DNA of 64,000 nucleotides from Desulfobacterales bacterium (GCA_040771865.1 JAXGZF010000007.1:62001-126000), one strand, 5' to 3'; positions 25,880-36,472 are shown, counted from the first letter of the stretch. The notes: generated by a model from the sequence alone, not told the origin. Numbers and translations: made by a program.

Positions 25880-26668
25880 TCACTGACCGTCGCGAAAGGG
25901 AATGGCAATTTCATACTGGTTGCCGTCGACGGTCGGTTCGATCCGGAATACGGCCCGACAGGCATGAAAAGCCATCAGAGAATAGAAAAGGCCTTTGAGC
26001 GCATCGTCAAGCCCTTCCGAACCGGCCCCGTTTTCCAGAGCCGATGCCAGCCGCCGGGCCTGATCGCCGCTCAGCGGGGTCCCCGTATCGCGAATTCTCA
26101 TGCGGACATGCCGGTCATCCGATAAGGTTGCGATACCCAGCTCCTTTAACGGCCGGCCTTTCATCACCCCCATGCAATGCCGGATCAGGCCCCAGAGGCC
26201 CATGGAAAATTCGGCGTGGCTTCCGGTCACATCCGGGAGTTCTTCCTGCAGCTCAAGGTGTTTTTGCACCTCATGCTTGAAATCCAGGTAAAAATTAAAA
26301 AAACGCATCTCCGACTGAACCAGCCTTGAAAGCTGAACGGCCTGGGGTCCGTGCGCGTCAATGCCGTAAAATTTGTTGGCCACATCCTTGAACATGCCAA
26401 AGAAATTATCCGACTCGCTGCCGATGGCATGAATATCATTTGAAATCTTGTCGCAGTTTTCCTTGATCTCACTGGCGACCGCCGGATGGCGTTCCTTGAT
26501 TCTTCTGACGGTTTCATCGAATCGGCGCTGCAGCAACTTGGAACGCCCCATGATTCCGTTGAGCGGATTGGCAAAATTATGAAGAATGCCGGGCATGAGT
26601 TCGGTCAAAAAAGTGGACGAAAAGTCCTTTTCCAATATCTGATATGTATCCGACTTGTCTGTTTTCAT
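25880..26668 (-). CDS. Histidine kinase-like protein with intact H-box and degenerate ATPase domain
   Basis: GILHNFANPLNGIMG H-box; N box reads GLIRHC; G1 reads DTGTP; no G2 GxGxG. Confidence 0.7.
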   Translation of the reverse strand: MKTDKSDTYQILEKDFSSTFLTELMPGILHNFANPLNGIMGRSKLLQRRFDETVRRIKERHPAVASEIKENCDKISNDIHAIGSESDNFFGMFKDVANKFYGIDAHGPQAVQLSRLVQSEMRFFNFYLDFKHEVQKHLELQEELPDVTGSHAEFSMGLWGLIRHCMGVMKGRPLKELGIATLSDDRHVRMRIRDTGTPLSGDQARRLASALENGAGSEGLDDALKGLFYSLMAFHACRAVFRIEPTVDGNQYEIAIPFRDGQ

Positions 26669-26677
26669 TTCATTCCT

Positions 26678-27502
26678 CTACGTTTTTTCAGAAGTCATCC
26701 ATCCGCTTCCCATGGGCGCCAGATCCGCCGGCAGCTCGACAACAAACAGGCTGCCGTCTTCGGGCCGGCTTTCAACCCAGATGCGCCCTTTGTGCTGTTC
26801 CGCGGCCAGTTTGCAGAAGGCAAGGCCGATGCCGACGGAGCCTCCGTAGGCCTTGTAAAGATTTTTGTCCGATTGTCCGGCCCCCGAACCGCGGTAAAGG
26901 TCGAATACGGCCTGCTGGTGTGATTTCGGAATTCCGACGCCGTTGTCCTTTACCCAGATCTGAATCCGCGGTTGATTCTCGAATTCACAAGCCCCCAAAA
27001 TGATCCGGCCGCCTTCCGGAGTATGGGCAATTGCATTAAAAAGAAGATTATATATCATTCTGTGCACCAGATCGATATCCAGCGCCACGATTCGATCGAA
27101 TTCGCAATCGATATCCAGTTGAATTTCCTTTTGATTAGCGGAAATTTCAACTTTTTTTTTCATTTCCTGCAAAAATGTCCGAACATCGACCATGCTCAGA
27201 TTCAGTTCCAGGTTCTGGCTTTCCATTTTGCCGATCTGAAGCAGATTCTGAATCATTGAAAAAAGTTCCTGGCAGCCCTGAAGCGCCGTATGGACGATAT
27301 CCTGCTGCACTCGGTGCAACCGTTTCATGAGCAGCAGATCGAGATTGGCCATAATCGTTCCCAGAGGACCTTTCAGATCATGAATGAGCATGCGAATCAT
27401 GGTCTCCCGGGCCAAGCGGTCCTCCTGAAGAGATGAAATGATTTCATCTCTTTGTTGAATCTGATTCACAACTTCTTGATTTTCCATGGATACGTTCATC
27501 AT
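26678..27502 (-). CDS. Soluble histidine kinase without a sensor domain
   Basis: HDLKGPL, NLLFNAI, DNGVGI, VFD, GSVGIGLAFC. Confidence 0.9.
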   Translation of the reverse strand: MMNVSMENQEVVNQIQQRDEIISSLQEDRLARETMIRMLIHDLKGPLGTIMANLDLLLMKRLHRVQQDIVHTALQGCQELFSMIQNLLQIGKMESQNLELNLSMVDVRTFLQEMKKKVEISANQKEIQLDIDCEFDRIVALDIDLVHRMIYNLLFNAIAHTPEGGRIILGACEFENQPRIQIWVKDNGVGIPKSHQQAVFDLYRGSGAGQSDKNLYKAYGGSVGIGLAFCKLAAEQHKGRIWVESRPEDGSLFVVELPADLAPMGSGWMTSEKT

Positions 27503-27548
27503 GCCCTTCAGGTTCGTCCTGGAGACGCAGGCTCCGGCCGGATCTGGA

Positions 27549-28130
27549 CTACATCAGAAGAAAATTCGTCAAATACACCTCATCGACTACGCCCGGACCC
27601 AACGTCCGCCTCATCTCTTTGAAAATAGCCGTCTTCAGATGCTGAAATCCCATCGGATCGACCAGCCTCGCATAAGAGATCCCCTGAATGACGCGATAGA
27701 TGGCGATTCTTAAATCAGATCTCGCTTCGAGGCGTCCGGGATCCTCGCGGTCGGCAACAACCAGCCTGACATCGCACGCCAGTATGCGGACCCGGCCCTG
27801 ATCATCTTTTAGATCCACATAAAATCCGTGCAAATCCGCCATGGCTTCAGGAATCTGCGCTCCCGGCCCCGCCTGATTTCTATGGAATTGCCGGACCCAA
27901 TCCGGGCACTTGAGAACAAACCAGAAAATCGAAACCATCAGAATAAGGCTCGCAACCGATCCGGAAACGATCCAGAATTTCGGAATTCGCTTTTTCTTCA
28001 AAACCGCCGGCTCAGGCGCGAGTGCTGATTCGTCTTCCAACCCGGCAGCTTTCGGCTCCGGAATATTCAACGGCTCCGAAGACTCGATGTTCAGAATATC
28101 CAGACTTGCTTTTTTTACCATCTTTGCCAT
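27549..28130 (-). CDS. Second FliL-like protein
   Basis: Single TM segment, FYVDLKD, LRIAIY, VDEVYLTNFLLM C-terminus. Confidence 0.72.
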   Translation of the reverse strand: MAKMVKKASLDILNIESSEPLNIPEPKAAGLEDESALAPEPAVLKKKRIPKFWIVSGSVASLILMVSIFWFVLKCPDWVRQFHRNQAGPGAQIPEAMADLHGFYVDLKDDQGRVRILACDVRLVVADREDPGRLEARSDLRIAIYRVIQGISYARLVDPMGFQHLKTAIFKEMRRTLGPGVVDEVYLTNFLLM

Positions 28131-28142
28131 GCGTTCAGCCTC

Positions 28143-29321
28143 TTACGAATCCGAATCAAAGATGATCTCAAGAATCTGGCGGGCTTCACGGAACTCGGGA
28201 TACAACTCCAGCGCCTTTTCAAAACACGGAACGGCACTGTCCTTCATTCCCCCTTCCAGATAGGCCCTGCCGAGATTGTAATGCAGGTGCTCATCTTCCG
28301 GATCGATGCCAAGCGCCTTCTGGTAGGCTTCAATGGCTTCGGAACACTTCCCCTGCTTTCGGTAGGCGATTCCCAGCCGGTTGTATACATGAACGTTTTC
28401 GGGATTGATCTTCAGGGAAGCCTCAAACATTTCAGCGGCCTCGTCATCCATACCATTTTCCAGCAACACCTCGGCGATATTCTGCCGAACAACCGGGTTG
28501 CCCGGCTCGGCCTTGACAGCGGCATCAAAGGCCTTTCGAGCGTCCTTGACATCCCCCGCTGCCAGCATCGCCTTGCCCATGAGCGTCTGGCGGTTCGCAT
28601 TCTTCGGACTCACCCGGACTCCTTCCTGAAGAGTCCGCATGAGCTTTTCGTTGTCCCCTTTTTTCGCATAAATCCGGGTCAGCCCGTCGTAAGCGCGGGT
28701 AAACCGGGGTTCACACAAAATCGCTTTTTTGTAGGCTTTCTCGGAGTCTTCCAGCATTCCCCGCTGAAAATAAATATCCCCGAACTCATTCAGAATTCTT
28801 GGATTTCTCGGGTTCATGTTCATGGCGGTCTTCAGATCTTCCATGGCCTTGTTGTACTCTCCGGCAGCGGCCCGCACCCTGGCGGATCGTATCAGAACAT
28901 CCACCGGAGAAGGATTTTTTTTGCGTACCAGGACCCGATCGATCTTTTCTCCGAGAGTCTGCGCAATAAAAGGTTTGATGATATATGCATCGACTTCGGT
29001 TTCCGCGGCCTCGGCGATCGTCTCCTCAGCCACCTCGGCCGTCACGATGATAAAAGGAATATCCGCAAAGCGATCATTGGCTCTGGCCTTTCGAAGCACC
29101 TCGATGCCGCTGAGCCCCGGCATGTTCCAGTCCAGAATCGCCAGATCCACCTTGTTGAGTTGAAGCTTCTCCCAGGTGATCAGTCCATTGGGCGCTTCGA
29201 TGGTATTATGATAGCCGAGCTCGGCAAGCATGGCCCGAAGGGTTTGCCGCATGCTCATCATGTCGTCGGCAATCAGTACCCGGATTTTTCCCTTCTCTCG
29301 AATTTGTTCCAGAAAACGCAT
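28143..29321 (-). CDS. CheY-like receiver + TPR protein
   Basis: IADD..LDWNMP..VTA..IKPF intact receiver followed by about seven TPRs. Confidence 0.9.
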   Translation of the reverse strand: MRFLEQIREKGKIRVLIADDMMSMRQTLRAMLAELGYHNTIEAPNGLITWEKLQLNKVDLAILDWNMPGLSGIEVLRKARANDRFADIPFIIVTAEVAEETIAEAAETEVDAYIIKPFIAQTLGEKIDRVLVRKKNPSPVDVLIRSARVRAAAGEYNKAMEDLKTAMNMNPRNPRILNEFGDIYFQRGMLEDSEKAYKKAILCEPRFTRAYDGLTRIYAKKGDNEKLMRTLQEGVRVSPKNANRQTLMGKAMLAAGDVKDARKAFDAAVKAEPGNPVVRQNIAEVLLENGMDDEAAEMFEASLKINPENVHVYNRLGIAYRKQGKCSEAIEAYQKALGIDPEDEHLHYNLGRAYLEGGMKDSAVPCFEKALELYPEFREARQILEIIFDSDS

Positions 29322-29389
29322 CGAATCCTTACCCGCTTCGTCACAGGCACTCGAAGCCGTTCGAATACCTTCCCGTGATGATCATCTTC

Positions 29390-30100
29390 TTAATTTGCTT
29401 CCCGAAGAACACTTCTGAGATGCAGAACCGCCTTGGAGTGCAGCTGGCAAACCCGCGATTCTGTCAAATTCAGCACCTTTCCGACCTCCTTCATGGTCAG
29501 TTCCTCATAATAATACAGAGACAACACGAGTCTCTGCTTTTCCGGCAGCGCATCAATCGCCTCCTTGAGCCTTTCCCGCGTCTGCGTGCTGAGCAGGGCG
29601 GCAAGGGGGTTGCCGGACTCGACGGTTTCCATGAAATCGGACGGCTTGTGGTTTTCAAGATATCCGGGCGGCAGATCCTCTCTGCTGACCAGGCTCACTC
29701 CTTTGGCTTCATCCAGCAGCTTGAAGTACTCTTCCAGGGAAATGCCCATATGCCTGGAGACCTCATCGTCCTCCGGTGATCTTCCCAGCTCGCGTTGAAG
29801 TTCATCGAAAGCCCTGGCAAGACGCTGGTTTTTGTTTCGTGCAGACCTGGGAAGCCAATCCCGGATTCTGAGTTCATCAAGCACCGCCCCTCGAATGCGG
29901 AACCGCGCAAAGGTCTCAAACTGAACATCGCGGTTTCCATCGAATTTTTCCAGCGCCGACATCAGTCCGATAATGCCTGCCTGAATCAAGTCCTCCTGAT
30001 CAATCACATGGTCCGGAAGTTTTCTCCATATTCTCGCCACGATATATTTGACCAGGGGCGCATATTTGAGAATCTGTTCGTTTCGTGTCTGGTTATTCAC
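29390..30100 (-). CDS. fliA: RNA polymerase sigma28
   Basis: RIRGAVLDELR..DW, LSLYYYEELTMKEVG.VLNLTESRVCQLH. Confidence 0.96.
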   Translation of the reverse strand: MNNQTRNEQILKYAPLVKYIVARIWRKLPDHVIDQEDLIQAGIIGLMSALEKFDGNRDVQFETFARFRIRGAVLDELRIRDWLPRSARNKNQRLARAFDELQRELGRSPEDDEVSRHMGISLEEYFKLLDEAKGVSLVSREDLPPGYLENHKPSDFMETVESGNPLAALLSTQTRERLKEAIDALPEKQRLVLSLYYYEELTMKEVGKVLNLTESRVCQLHSKAVLHLRSVLREAN

Positions 30101-31022
30101 GGCCGGTTGTCAGAATGTTGTTCCGGAAAAACTGAAGCGCCCCGTCGACATGCACTTCGGGTTTTTCGCGGTAAAGAGTTTCGGCAATGTCATGCAGGCA
30201 CCTTGTCGCAGGCGCCGCCGGATACAATTCCGCGATGGGTTTCTGAAACTGAACCGCTTCGTGCAGCTTGGCGTCATAGATCACATGCCCCAGATAATCG
30301 AGGGTCAGATTCAGGAAATGATCCGTTGCGTGATTCAGACGCTCGTAGACTTCCCTGGCCTGAACGACGCTTTTAACCATATTGACCAGCAGCCGGAAAC
30401 GCTTCTTGGCATGCCGCTGATACAAAATTTTGATCAACGCATAGGCATCGGTCAGCGAGGTGGGTTCGGAGGTGACCACCACAATGATCTCCTCGGCGGC
30501 CAGGTTGAAATACATGACGTTCCGCGAAATACCGGCCGCCGTATCCATCAGCACAAAATCAAGCGGCTCCTTGAGCGCGTTCAACTCATCGAGCAGGGTA
30601 AGCTTCTGGCCGCGCGTCAGGTCGGCCATCTCCCCGATGCCGGAAGAAGCAGGCAGCACCAAAATGCCTCCCGGCCCCCTGACCATGACCTCTTCCAGCA
30701 TTTTTTCGCCCGTTAATACATGATACAGATTATACATGGGCGTCAGGCCCAATATGATGTCAATATTCGCCAGACCGGTATCTGCATCCAGGACCATGGT
30801 TTTTTTGCGCTTCCTGGACAGGATGTACGCGAGGTTTGCCGTGATATTGGTTTTTCCGACGCCTCCCTTTCCGCTGGTAATCGAAATGACACGGCTCGAA
30901 TGGCTGACGGCATCGGACGATGCCGCACGCCCCGGAGAAAAGGCTGTTGAATCCGCCATGCCACTTTCTTCATTTCGAACCCGTTTGATTTCTCTGAGCG
31001 ATGCTGCCTGATCCATGGACAT
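30093..31022 (-). CDS. flhG: MinD-like ATPase FlhG/FleN
   Basis: SGKGGVGKT, DADTGLANI, EPTSLTDAYALIK; between flhF and fliA. Confidence 0.93.
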   Translation of the reverse strand: MSMDQAASLREIKRVRNEESGMADSTAFSPGRAASSDAVSHSSRVISITSGKGGVGKTNITANLAYILSRKRKKTMVLDADTGLANIDIILGLTPMYNLYHVLTGEKMLEEVMVRGPGGILVLPASSGIGEMADLTRGQKLTLLDELNALKEPLDFVLMDTAAGISRNVMYFNLAAEEIIVVVTSEPTSLTDAYALIKILYQRHAKKRFRLLVNMVKSVVQAREVYERLNHATDHFLNLTLDYLGHVIYDAKLHEAVQFQKPIAELYPAAPATRCLHDIAETLYREKPEVHVDGALQFFRNNILTTGRE

Positions 31023-31081
31023 ACGATATCTGCCTTATACCAAGTGAGCGTTTCAGAGGGGTTGCGCCCCCTGAGTCCGGT

Positions 31082-32215
31082 TTACGATAAAATCCATTCT
31101 GCAAGTCTGTCCGGCGTGGAGACCTCAATATCCTGCGGCACATTCTGCCCGGTGGTCACATACAGAACCGGTTTTTTAGCCTGATCCAGCACGTCGTAGA
31201 TAAAACCAAAACGGGTGCATTCATCCGTCTTGGTCAAGATAATATTGCGGTAATCCAGAACCTCGTACCGGACCGCGGCATCCAGAAGATGATCACGGCT
31301 GGATGACAGACTCAGCAGTAGACTGGTCTCCATTTCGGCTTCAGATCCCAGCGTATCTTTGAGCTTTGTTAAAGCGTCCTGATCTTTACGGCTCCGACCC
31401 GGCGTATCGACCAGAATCACGTCCTTATCCGAGAACTGCTGAACGCTGCGGCTGAAGAGTTCCTTTTCGGACGCCACCGCAAGCGGAACGCCGATGATAT
31501 CCGTATAAACCCGCAATTGTTCAGCGGCGGCGATTCGATAGGTATCTGTGGTAATCACCCCAACCCGGTTTTTCTTTTCCAGCGCGTAATGCGCGGCCAG
31601 TTTGGCCAGGGTTGTCGTTTTCCCCGCACCGGTTGGCCCCGCAAAAACCTTGATACGCGAGGAGCCTGCCTGAGAGCGGCTCGCCGCAAATCGTTCGGCG
31701 ATCATGGCTGAAAAATGACGGATCGTCGCCTCATAATCCAAGGTGTCCTGTTTGGGCAGATGGAATTTGAAAGATTCGACCAAACGACATGCCCGGGACC
31801 TGGAAACCCCGTTGGCGATCAGTCTGCAATAGATCTGAGATAAGAAACCGGCGTCTTTATGCCGCATGCCCATCACATCGAACAGAGCTCCCATATCCTG
31901 CTTGAGTTCGGCGAATTCTCTAACATGAGGTTTTTCATTCTGAATCTGGCGAACCAGGGTCTTCAGCTCCTGAATCTCCTGATGAACCTTTTGAAGAGCT
32001 TCGGTTTTCGCCTTTCCGACCGGTTCGCGGCAGGCATCGATGTCTGCGCAGACCTGCTCTTCCTGAATATCCCTGGCAGCGACCACCTCCACCCGTGAGG
32101 ATCCGGGCCCCTTCAAACGCTTTGATGAAAGCACCACCGCATCCGGCCCCATTTCCTTCTTGATTCTGGCCATGGCCTCCTGGATACTGTTTGATTCGTA
32201 TCTCCTGATCTGCAT
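31082..32215 (-). CDS. flhF: SRP-family GTPase FlhF
   Basis: IKKEMGPDAVVLS, GPTGAGKTT, DTYRIAA, DTPGR, TKTDE, GQNVPQDI. Confidence 0.95.
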   Translation of the reverse strand: MQIRRYESNSIQEAMARIKKEMGPDAVVLSSKRLKGPGSSRVEVVAARDIQEEQVCADIDACREPVGKAKTEALQKVHQEIQELKTLVRQIQNEKPHVREFAELKQDMGALFDVMGMRHKDAGFLSQIYCRLIANGVSRSRACRLVESFKFHLPKQDTLDYEATIRHFSAMIAERFAASRSQAGSSRIKVFAGPTGAGKTTTLAKLAAHYALEKKNRVGVITTDTYRIAAAEQLRVYTDIIGVPLAVASEKELFSRSVQQFSDKDVILVDTPGRSRKDQDALTKLKDTLGSEAEMETSLLLSLSSSRDHLLDAAVRYEVLDYRNIILTKTDECTRFGFIYDVLDQAKKPVLYVTTGQNVPQDIEVSTPDRLAEWILS

Positions 32216-32216
32216 G

Positions 32217-34289
32217 TTACAGCTCCACCATTCCCAGAGAGCGGATGTTTACCTCCCGGGCGATTTCGTTGTGGGAAAGCACCACCAGATTGGGATAAAA
32301 TTTCTCCAGCAGCTTTCTCAGATGGATACGGACATTTGGAGAACACAGCACAACCGGCGGCAACCCCTGGGTCGAAAAGTGCGTCATCAACGGCTGAAGT
32401 TTTCGAACAAGACCCTGAACCATATTGGGATCCGGCGATACAAAAGATTCGAATTCCGTATGGTGGACCGATTCACTGATCCGGCTTTCAATGTCCGGTG
32501 AAATCACCGCCACGTGCACATCGCCATCAGGCGCCTGATGCTGGCGGGTGATCGTGCGCGACAGCGCCTGCCGGACATATCCGGTAAGAATATCGACATT
32601 CTTTGTAATCGGCAGATAGTCTGCAAGCGTTTCCAGAATCGTCAACAGATCCCGAATCGCAACCCGTTCCCGCAGCAGACGGTGCAGCACCTTCTGCAGG
32701 GTTCCCAGGGGAACGAGTTTTGGAACCAGTTCCGCAATCACCTTGGGATGCGTGGCCGACAGGTTGTCGATCAGCGATTGAACCTCCTGACGCCCCAGCA
32801 ATTCATCGGAATGCGATTTGACCAGTTCCGTCAAATGGGTGGTTATAACCGTCGCCGCATCGACCACCACGATGCCCTGGGCCTGAGCCGCCTCCTTCTC
32901 CTTCTCGGGAATCCATACCGCCGGAAGACCGAATGCCGGTTCCCGGGTCGTCACGCCCTTGAGCTTGAAATCCGAATCATTCGAAGCGATTGCCAGATAA
33001 TGTCCGGGCATCAACTCGCCGGTCGTGATCTCGATGCCTTTAAGAAAGACCGAATAGGCATTCGGACGCAGCTTGAGGTTGTCCCGAATATGAATGGCAG
33101 GCATCACAAACCCCATCTCCTGGGCCAGCTGTTTTCTAAGCATCTTGACCCGGGTGAGAAGCTCCCCGCCCTGTTCGGCGTCCACCAGAGAAATCAATCC
33201 ATAACCCACCTCCAGCCCCAGAGAATCCAGCGGCGTCAGCATCTCTTCGGCAGGCGCTTCCGAAACAGCCGGCGCCTCCTCAATATCCTCCGGTTCCGGC
33301 TGGGTTCTGAAAAGCTTAAAGGCCAGACCGCCGGCCAGAGCAGCCACCAGAATAAAGGACAGCTTGGGCATTCCCGGAATCAGGGCAAAGGAAAACAGCA
33401 TGAGCGATGCAGTAGCGACCGCCTTGGGATGCATGAATAGCTGTTTTTTAAAGGCAAGGCCGAGGTCCGACGAGGTGGTGGTCCGGGTGACGAGAATGCC
33501 TGCAGCCGTTGAAACGATCAGGGCCGGCACCTGGCTGACCAGACCATCGCCTACGGTGAGCAGGGTGAAGTTCCGCGCGGCATCGGCCACCTCCATGCCC
33601 TGCTGGAGAACGCCGACCACTAGTCCGCCGATGATATTGATCATCACAATAATGATGCCGGCAACCGCATCGCCCCGGACAAACTTGCTGGCACCGTCCA
33701 TGGCGCCGTAAAAATTGGCTTCCTGCTCTATCTCCTGACGACGCTGCCTGGCGCCGATTTCAGTGATCAGTCCGGTGTTCAGATCCGCGTCGATGCTCAT
33801 CTGTTTTCCGGGCATGGCGTCCAGAGTGAACCGGGCGGACACCTCGGCCACGCGCGTGGCGCCCTTGGTGATGACGACAAAATTAATCAGAACCAGCACG
33901 AGGAAAACGATGAGACCGACCACAAAGTTCCCTCCCACCACAAAGGTTCCGAAGGCCATGATGACCTTACCGGCCGCGCCCGCACCTTCGTTTCCGTGAA
34001 GCAGAATCAGCCGGGTGGAGGCGACGTTGAGGGAAAGCCTTAACAGGGTTGAGGTCAGCAGGATCGAGGGAAATACCGAAAAATCCAGCGGTTTGAGCAC
34101 ATACATGCTCATGAGCAGAATGATGATCGACAAGGTAAGATTAAATGACAGCAGCAGATCCAGAACGATGGTGGGCAGCGGAACCATCATCACGATCAGC
34201 ACGCCGATCACGCCGACGCCCATGATCAGGGTGCTGTTCTGCGTGATCTGCAATAGCATGCTGTTTTGCGTGATAGACGATTCCGCCAT
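32217..34289 (-). CDS. flhA: Export gate protein
   Basis: RVAEVSARFTLDAMPGKQMSIDADL, FYGAMDGASKFVRGD. Confidence 0.98.
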   Translation of the reverse strand: MAESSITQNSMLLQITQNSTLIMGVGVIGVLIVMMVPLPTIVLDLLLSFNLTLSIIILLMSMYVLKPLDFSVFPSILLTSTLLRLSLNVASTRLILLHGNEGAGAAGKVIMAFGTFVVGGNFVVGLIVFLVLVLINFVVITKGATRVAEVSARFTLDAMPGKQMSIDADLNTGLITEIGARQRRQEIEQEANFYGAMDGASKFVRGDAVAGIIIVMINIIGGLVVGVLQQGMEVADAARNFTLLTVGDGLVSQVPALIVSTAAGILVTRTTTSSDLGLAFKKQLFMHPKAVATASLMLFSFALIPGMPKLSFILVAALAGGLAFKLFRTQPEPEDIEEAPAVSEAPAEEMLTPLDSLGLEVGYGLISLVDAEQGGELLTRVKMLRKQLAQEMGFVMPAIHIRDNLKLRPNAYSVFLKGIEITTGELMPGHYLAIASNDSDFKLKGVTTREPAFGLPAVWIPEKEKEAAQAQGIVVVDAATVITTHLTELVKSHSDELLGRQEVQSLIDNLSATHPKVIAELVPKLVPLGTLQKVLHRLLRERVAIRDLLTILETLADYLPITKNVDILTGYVRQALSRTITRQHQAPDGDVHVAVISPDIESRISESVHHTEFESFVSPDPNMVQGLVRKLQPLMTHFSTQGLPPVVLCSPNVRIHLRKLLEKFYPNLVVLSHNEIAREVNIRSLGMVEL

Positions 34290-34297
34290 GAAAGCAC

Positions 34298-35374
34298 CTA
34301 TTTCATCCTTTTCTCAGGTTTTAACCCGTACACATAGGCCAGAATTTCGGCCACGGCCTTATAGAGATTTTCAGGAACCACCTGGTCGACATCAACCATT
34401 TTATACAATACCTGTGCCAAAGGCTTGTTTTCAATGACCGGAATTTGGTGCGCCTTCGATATCTCTTTAATTTTTTCTGCAATAAATCCGGCGCCCTTGG
34501 CCACAACCACCGGAGCGATCATTTTTTCAGAATCATATCGAAGCGCTACGGCCAGATGGGTCGGGTTGGTGATCACAACATCGGCCTTGGGCACATTGGC
34601 CATCATGCGTTTTCTGGCCATTTCACGCTGCTGCCGTTTGATGCGGCCCTTGATGATCGGATCACCCTCGGTGTGCTTGTATTCGTCCCGGATATCCTTT
34701 TTGGACATTCGAAGGCTCTTTTCGTGCTCCCAGCGCTGATATGCGTAATCCAGAATCGCGAGCATGATCAGTACGATACAGGCCAGTCCCATGATCCGGT
34801 ATGAGGTCCTGCCGATGTATGCCAGAATTCCGGACACGCTTTGATCCATCAGCGTGGGTAAAACAATGATCTCTTTTCTGACGGTGAGGTAGGCCACGAT
34901 GCCGACAATGCTCATTTTCAGAATGTTCTTGAACAGTTCGACCAGGGATTTGAGAGAGAAAAGCCTTTGAAAACCTTGAATGGGATCGATTTTTGATAGT
35001 TTTGGCTGAATGGGTTCTGCTGAAAAAAGAATTCCGACCTGAATGACGTTGGACAGCAGGCCGATCGCCAGCACCGTCAGAAACAACGGAATCATCAATA
35101 TCACCATCTTGAATGCAAGACTGGCGATCAGACGGTGCATGGCCCGAATATTCAGGTCCTGTTGCGCCGACTCCATGAAAATCCAGCGGATCACTTCCTG
35201 CATCTGATTCATCATGCCGGAGGCGTTGAAATAAAAATAAATCAGACATGCGGCCAGAATAGCGGCCGATGAAACCTCGCGGCTCTTGGCCACCTGGCCC
35301 TTTTCGCGGGATTCCTCCCGGCGCTTGGGCGTCGCCTGTTCTGTGCGTTCCTGGTCTTTATCGTTCTCAGCCAT
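34298..35374 (-). CDS. flhB: Export switch protein
   Basis: TEQATPKR, EGDP, NPTH cleavage motif. Confidence 0.97.
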   Translation of the reverse strand: MAENDKDQERTEQATPKRREESREKGQVAKSREVSSAAILAACLIYFYFNASGMMNQMQEVIRWIFMESAQQDLNIRAMHRLIASLAFKMVILMIPLFLTVLAIGLLSNVIQVGILFSAEPIQPKLSKIDPIQGFQRLFSLKSLVELFKNILKMSIVGIVAYLTVRKEIIVLPTLMDQSVSGILAYIGRTSYRIMGLACIVLIMLAILDYAYQRWEHEKSLRMSKKDIRDEYKHTEGDPIIKGRIKRQQREMARKRMMANVPKADVVITNPTHLAVALRYDSEKMIAPVVVAKGAGFIAEKIKEISKAHQIPVIENKPLAQVLYKMVDVDQVVPENLYKAVAEILAYVYGLKPEKRMK

Positions 35375-35432
35375 AATACGGATGCCGATCTATTTTCTGG
35401 CAAAAGCGTCAACAATCCGACAATTCGGTATT

Positions 35433-36206
35433 TCACATCAGCTTGATCAGCCAGGAAACCTGTGAATTGAGTCCCAGAATCAGCTTCTCAAACATTTTGA
35501 CCATAAAGGGAATCATCAGTCCAAAGGCGATGAGGCCGATGCCAATCTGCAGGGGAAAGCCGACAATGAAAATATTCATCTGAGGAACGGTTCTCGCAAT
35601 AATGCCCAACCCGACGTTGGTGAAAAACAGCACGGCAATAATCGGGGCGCTGAGTTTCAGAGCAATCACAAACATATCCCTGGACAACTGAAAAACCCCA
35701 TCCATCAGAGCTCCTGAAAACTGGAATCCGAAGGCCGGCAGCACGCGGTAGCCTTCGGCGATCGCCGTGATAAAAAAATGATGGCCGTTGATGGTCAGAA
35801 AAATCAGAATTGCAAGCAGATACTGGATCTGAGCGATAATGGACACCTGAGCGCTGGAAATCGGATCGATCACGTTGACGATGGCAAACCCCATCTGAAA
35901 ACCCACAAACTGGCCGGCAATCTGAATGCCGGCAAAAATCAGTCTGGCGGCAAATCCGATCATAACCCCGATCAGAACCTCGCCGGCCATCTTGAGGGCC
36001 AGATCCAACAGGGCCGGATCCGGAATGTGTGCGACGGAAACGACAGGCGCAATCATGAAGGCGATTATGAGAGACAGGCCCGCCTTGATGCGCAACGGCG
36101 TCGCATTGTCGCCGATCACGGGCATCATGGCCATCATGGCGCCGGTGCGCAAGAATACCAGTATAAAGGTCTGGGCGAGTTCCGGCGTAACCAGCGGCAG
36201 GTTCAT
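35433..36206 (-). CDS. fliR: Export apparatus protein
   Basis: AGQFVGFQMGF, RTVPQMNIFIVGFPL. Start 36206 overlaps the fliQ stop. Confidence 0.93.
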   Translation of the reverse strand: MNLPLVTPELAQTFILVFLRTGAMMAMMPVIGDNATPLRIKAGLSLIIAFMIAPVVSVAHIPDPALLDLALKMAGEVLIGVMIGFAARLIFAGIQIAGQFVGFQMGFAIVNVIDPISSAQVSIIAQIQYLLAILIFLTINGHHFFITAIAEGYRVLPAFGFQFSGALMDGVFQLSRDMFVIALKLSAPIIAVLFFTNVGLGIIARTVPQMNIFIVGFPLQIGIGLIAFGLMIPFMVKMFEKLILGLNSQVSWLIKLM

Positions 36207-36472
36207 CGAATATACATCGGAAGATTGGATATCAGGTTCTTGGTGAAAGTCAGAAGCAGATTCAGCATCCACGGAAGGGCCACCAGCAGGGCAAGCATGA
36301 CGGCCAGAATCTTGGGCACGAACACCAGGGTCATTTCCTGAATCTGGGTAACGGCCTGAAAAATGCTGACCGCGATGCCGACCGCCAGCCCCACGAGCAG
36401 CGCCGGCGCCGATATCAGCAGAGTGACTTTCAGGGCCTGACCCATGATTCCCATCACCATGTCAACGCTCAT
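36203..36472 (-). CDS. fliQ: Export apparatus protein
   Basis: SIFQAVTQIQEMTLVFVPK. Confidence 0.96.
   Translation of the reverse strand: MSVDMVMGIMGQALKVTLLISAPALLVGLAVGIAVSIFQAVTQIQEMTLVFVPKILAVMLALLVALPWMLNLLLTFTKNLISNLPMYIR

Noticed and set aside
31053..31074. Small hairpin between flhF and flhG
   Set aside because: Imperfect stem with no U-tract inside an apparent operon; function cannot be supported.
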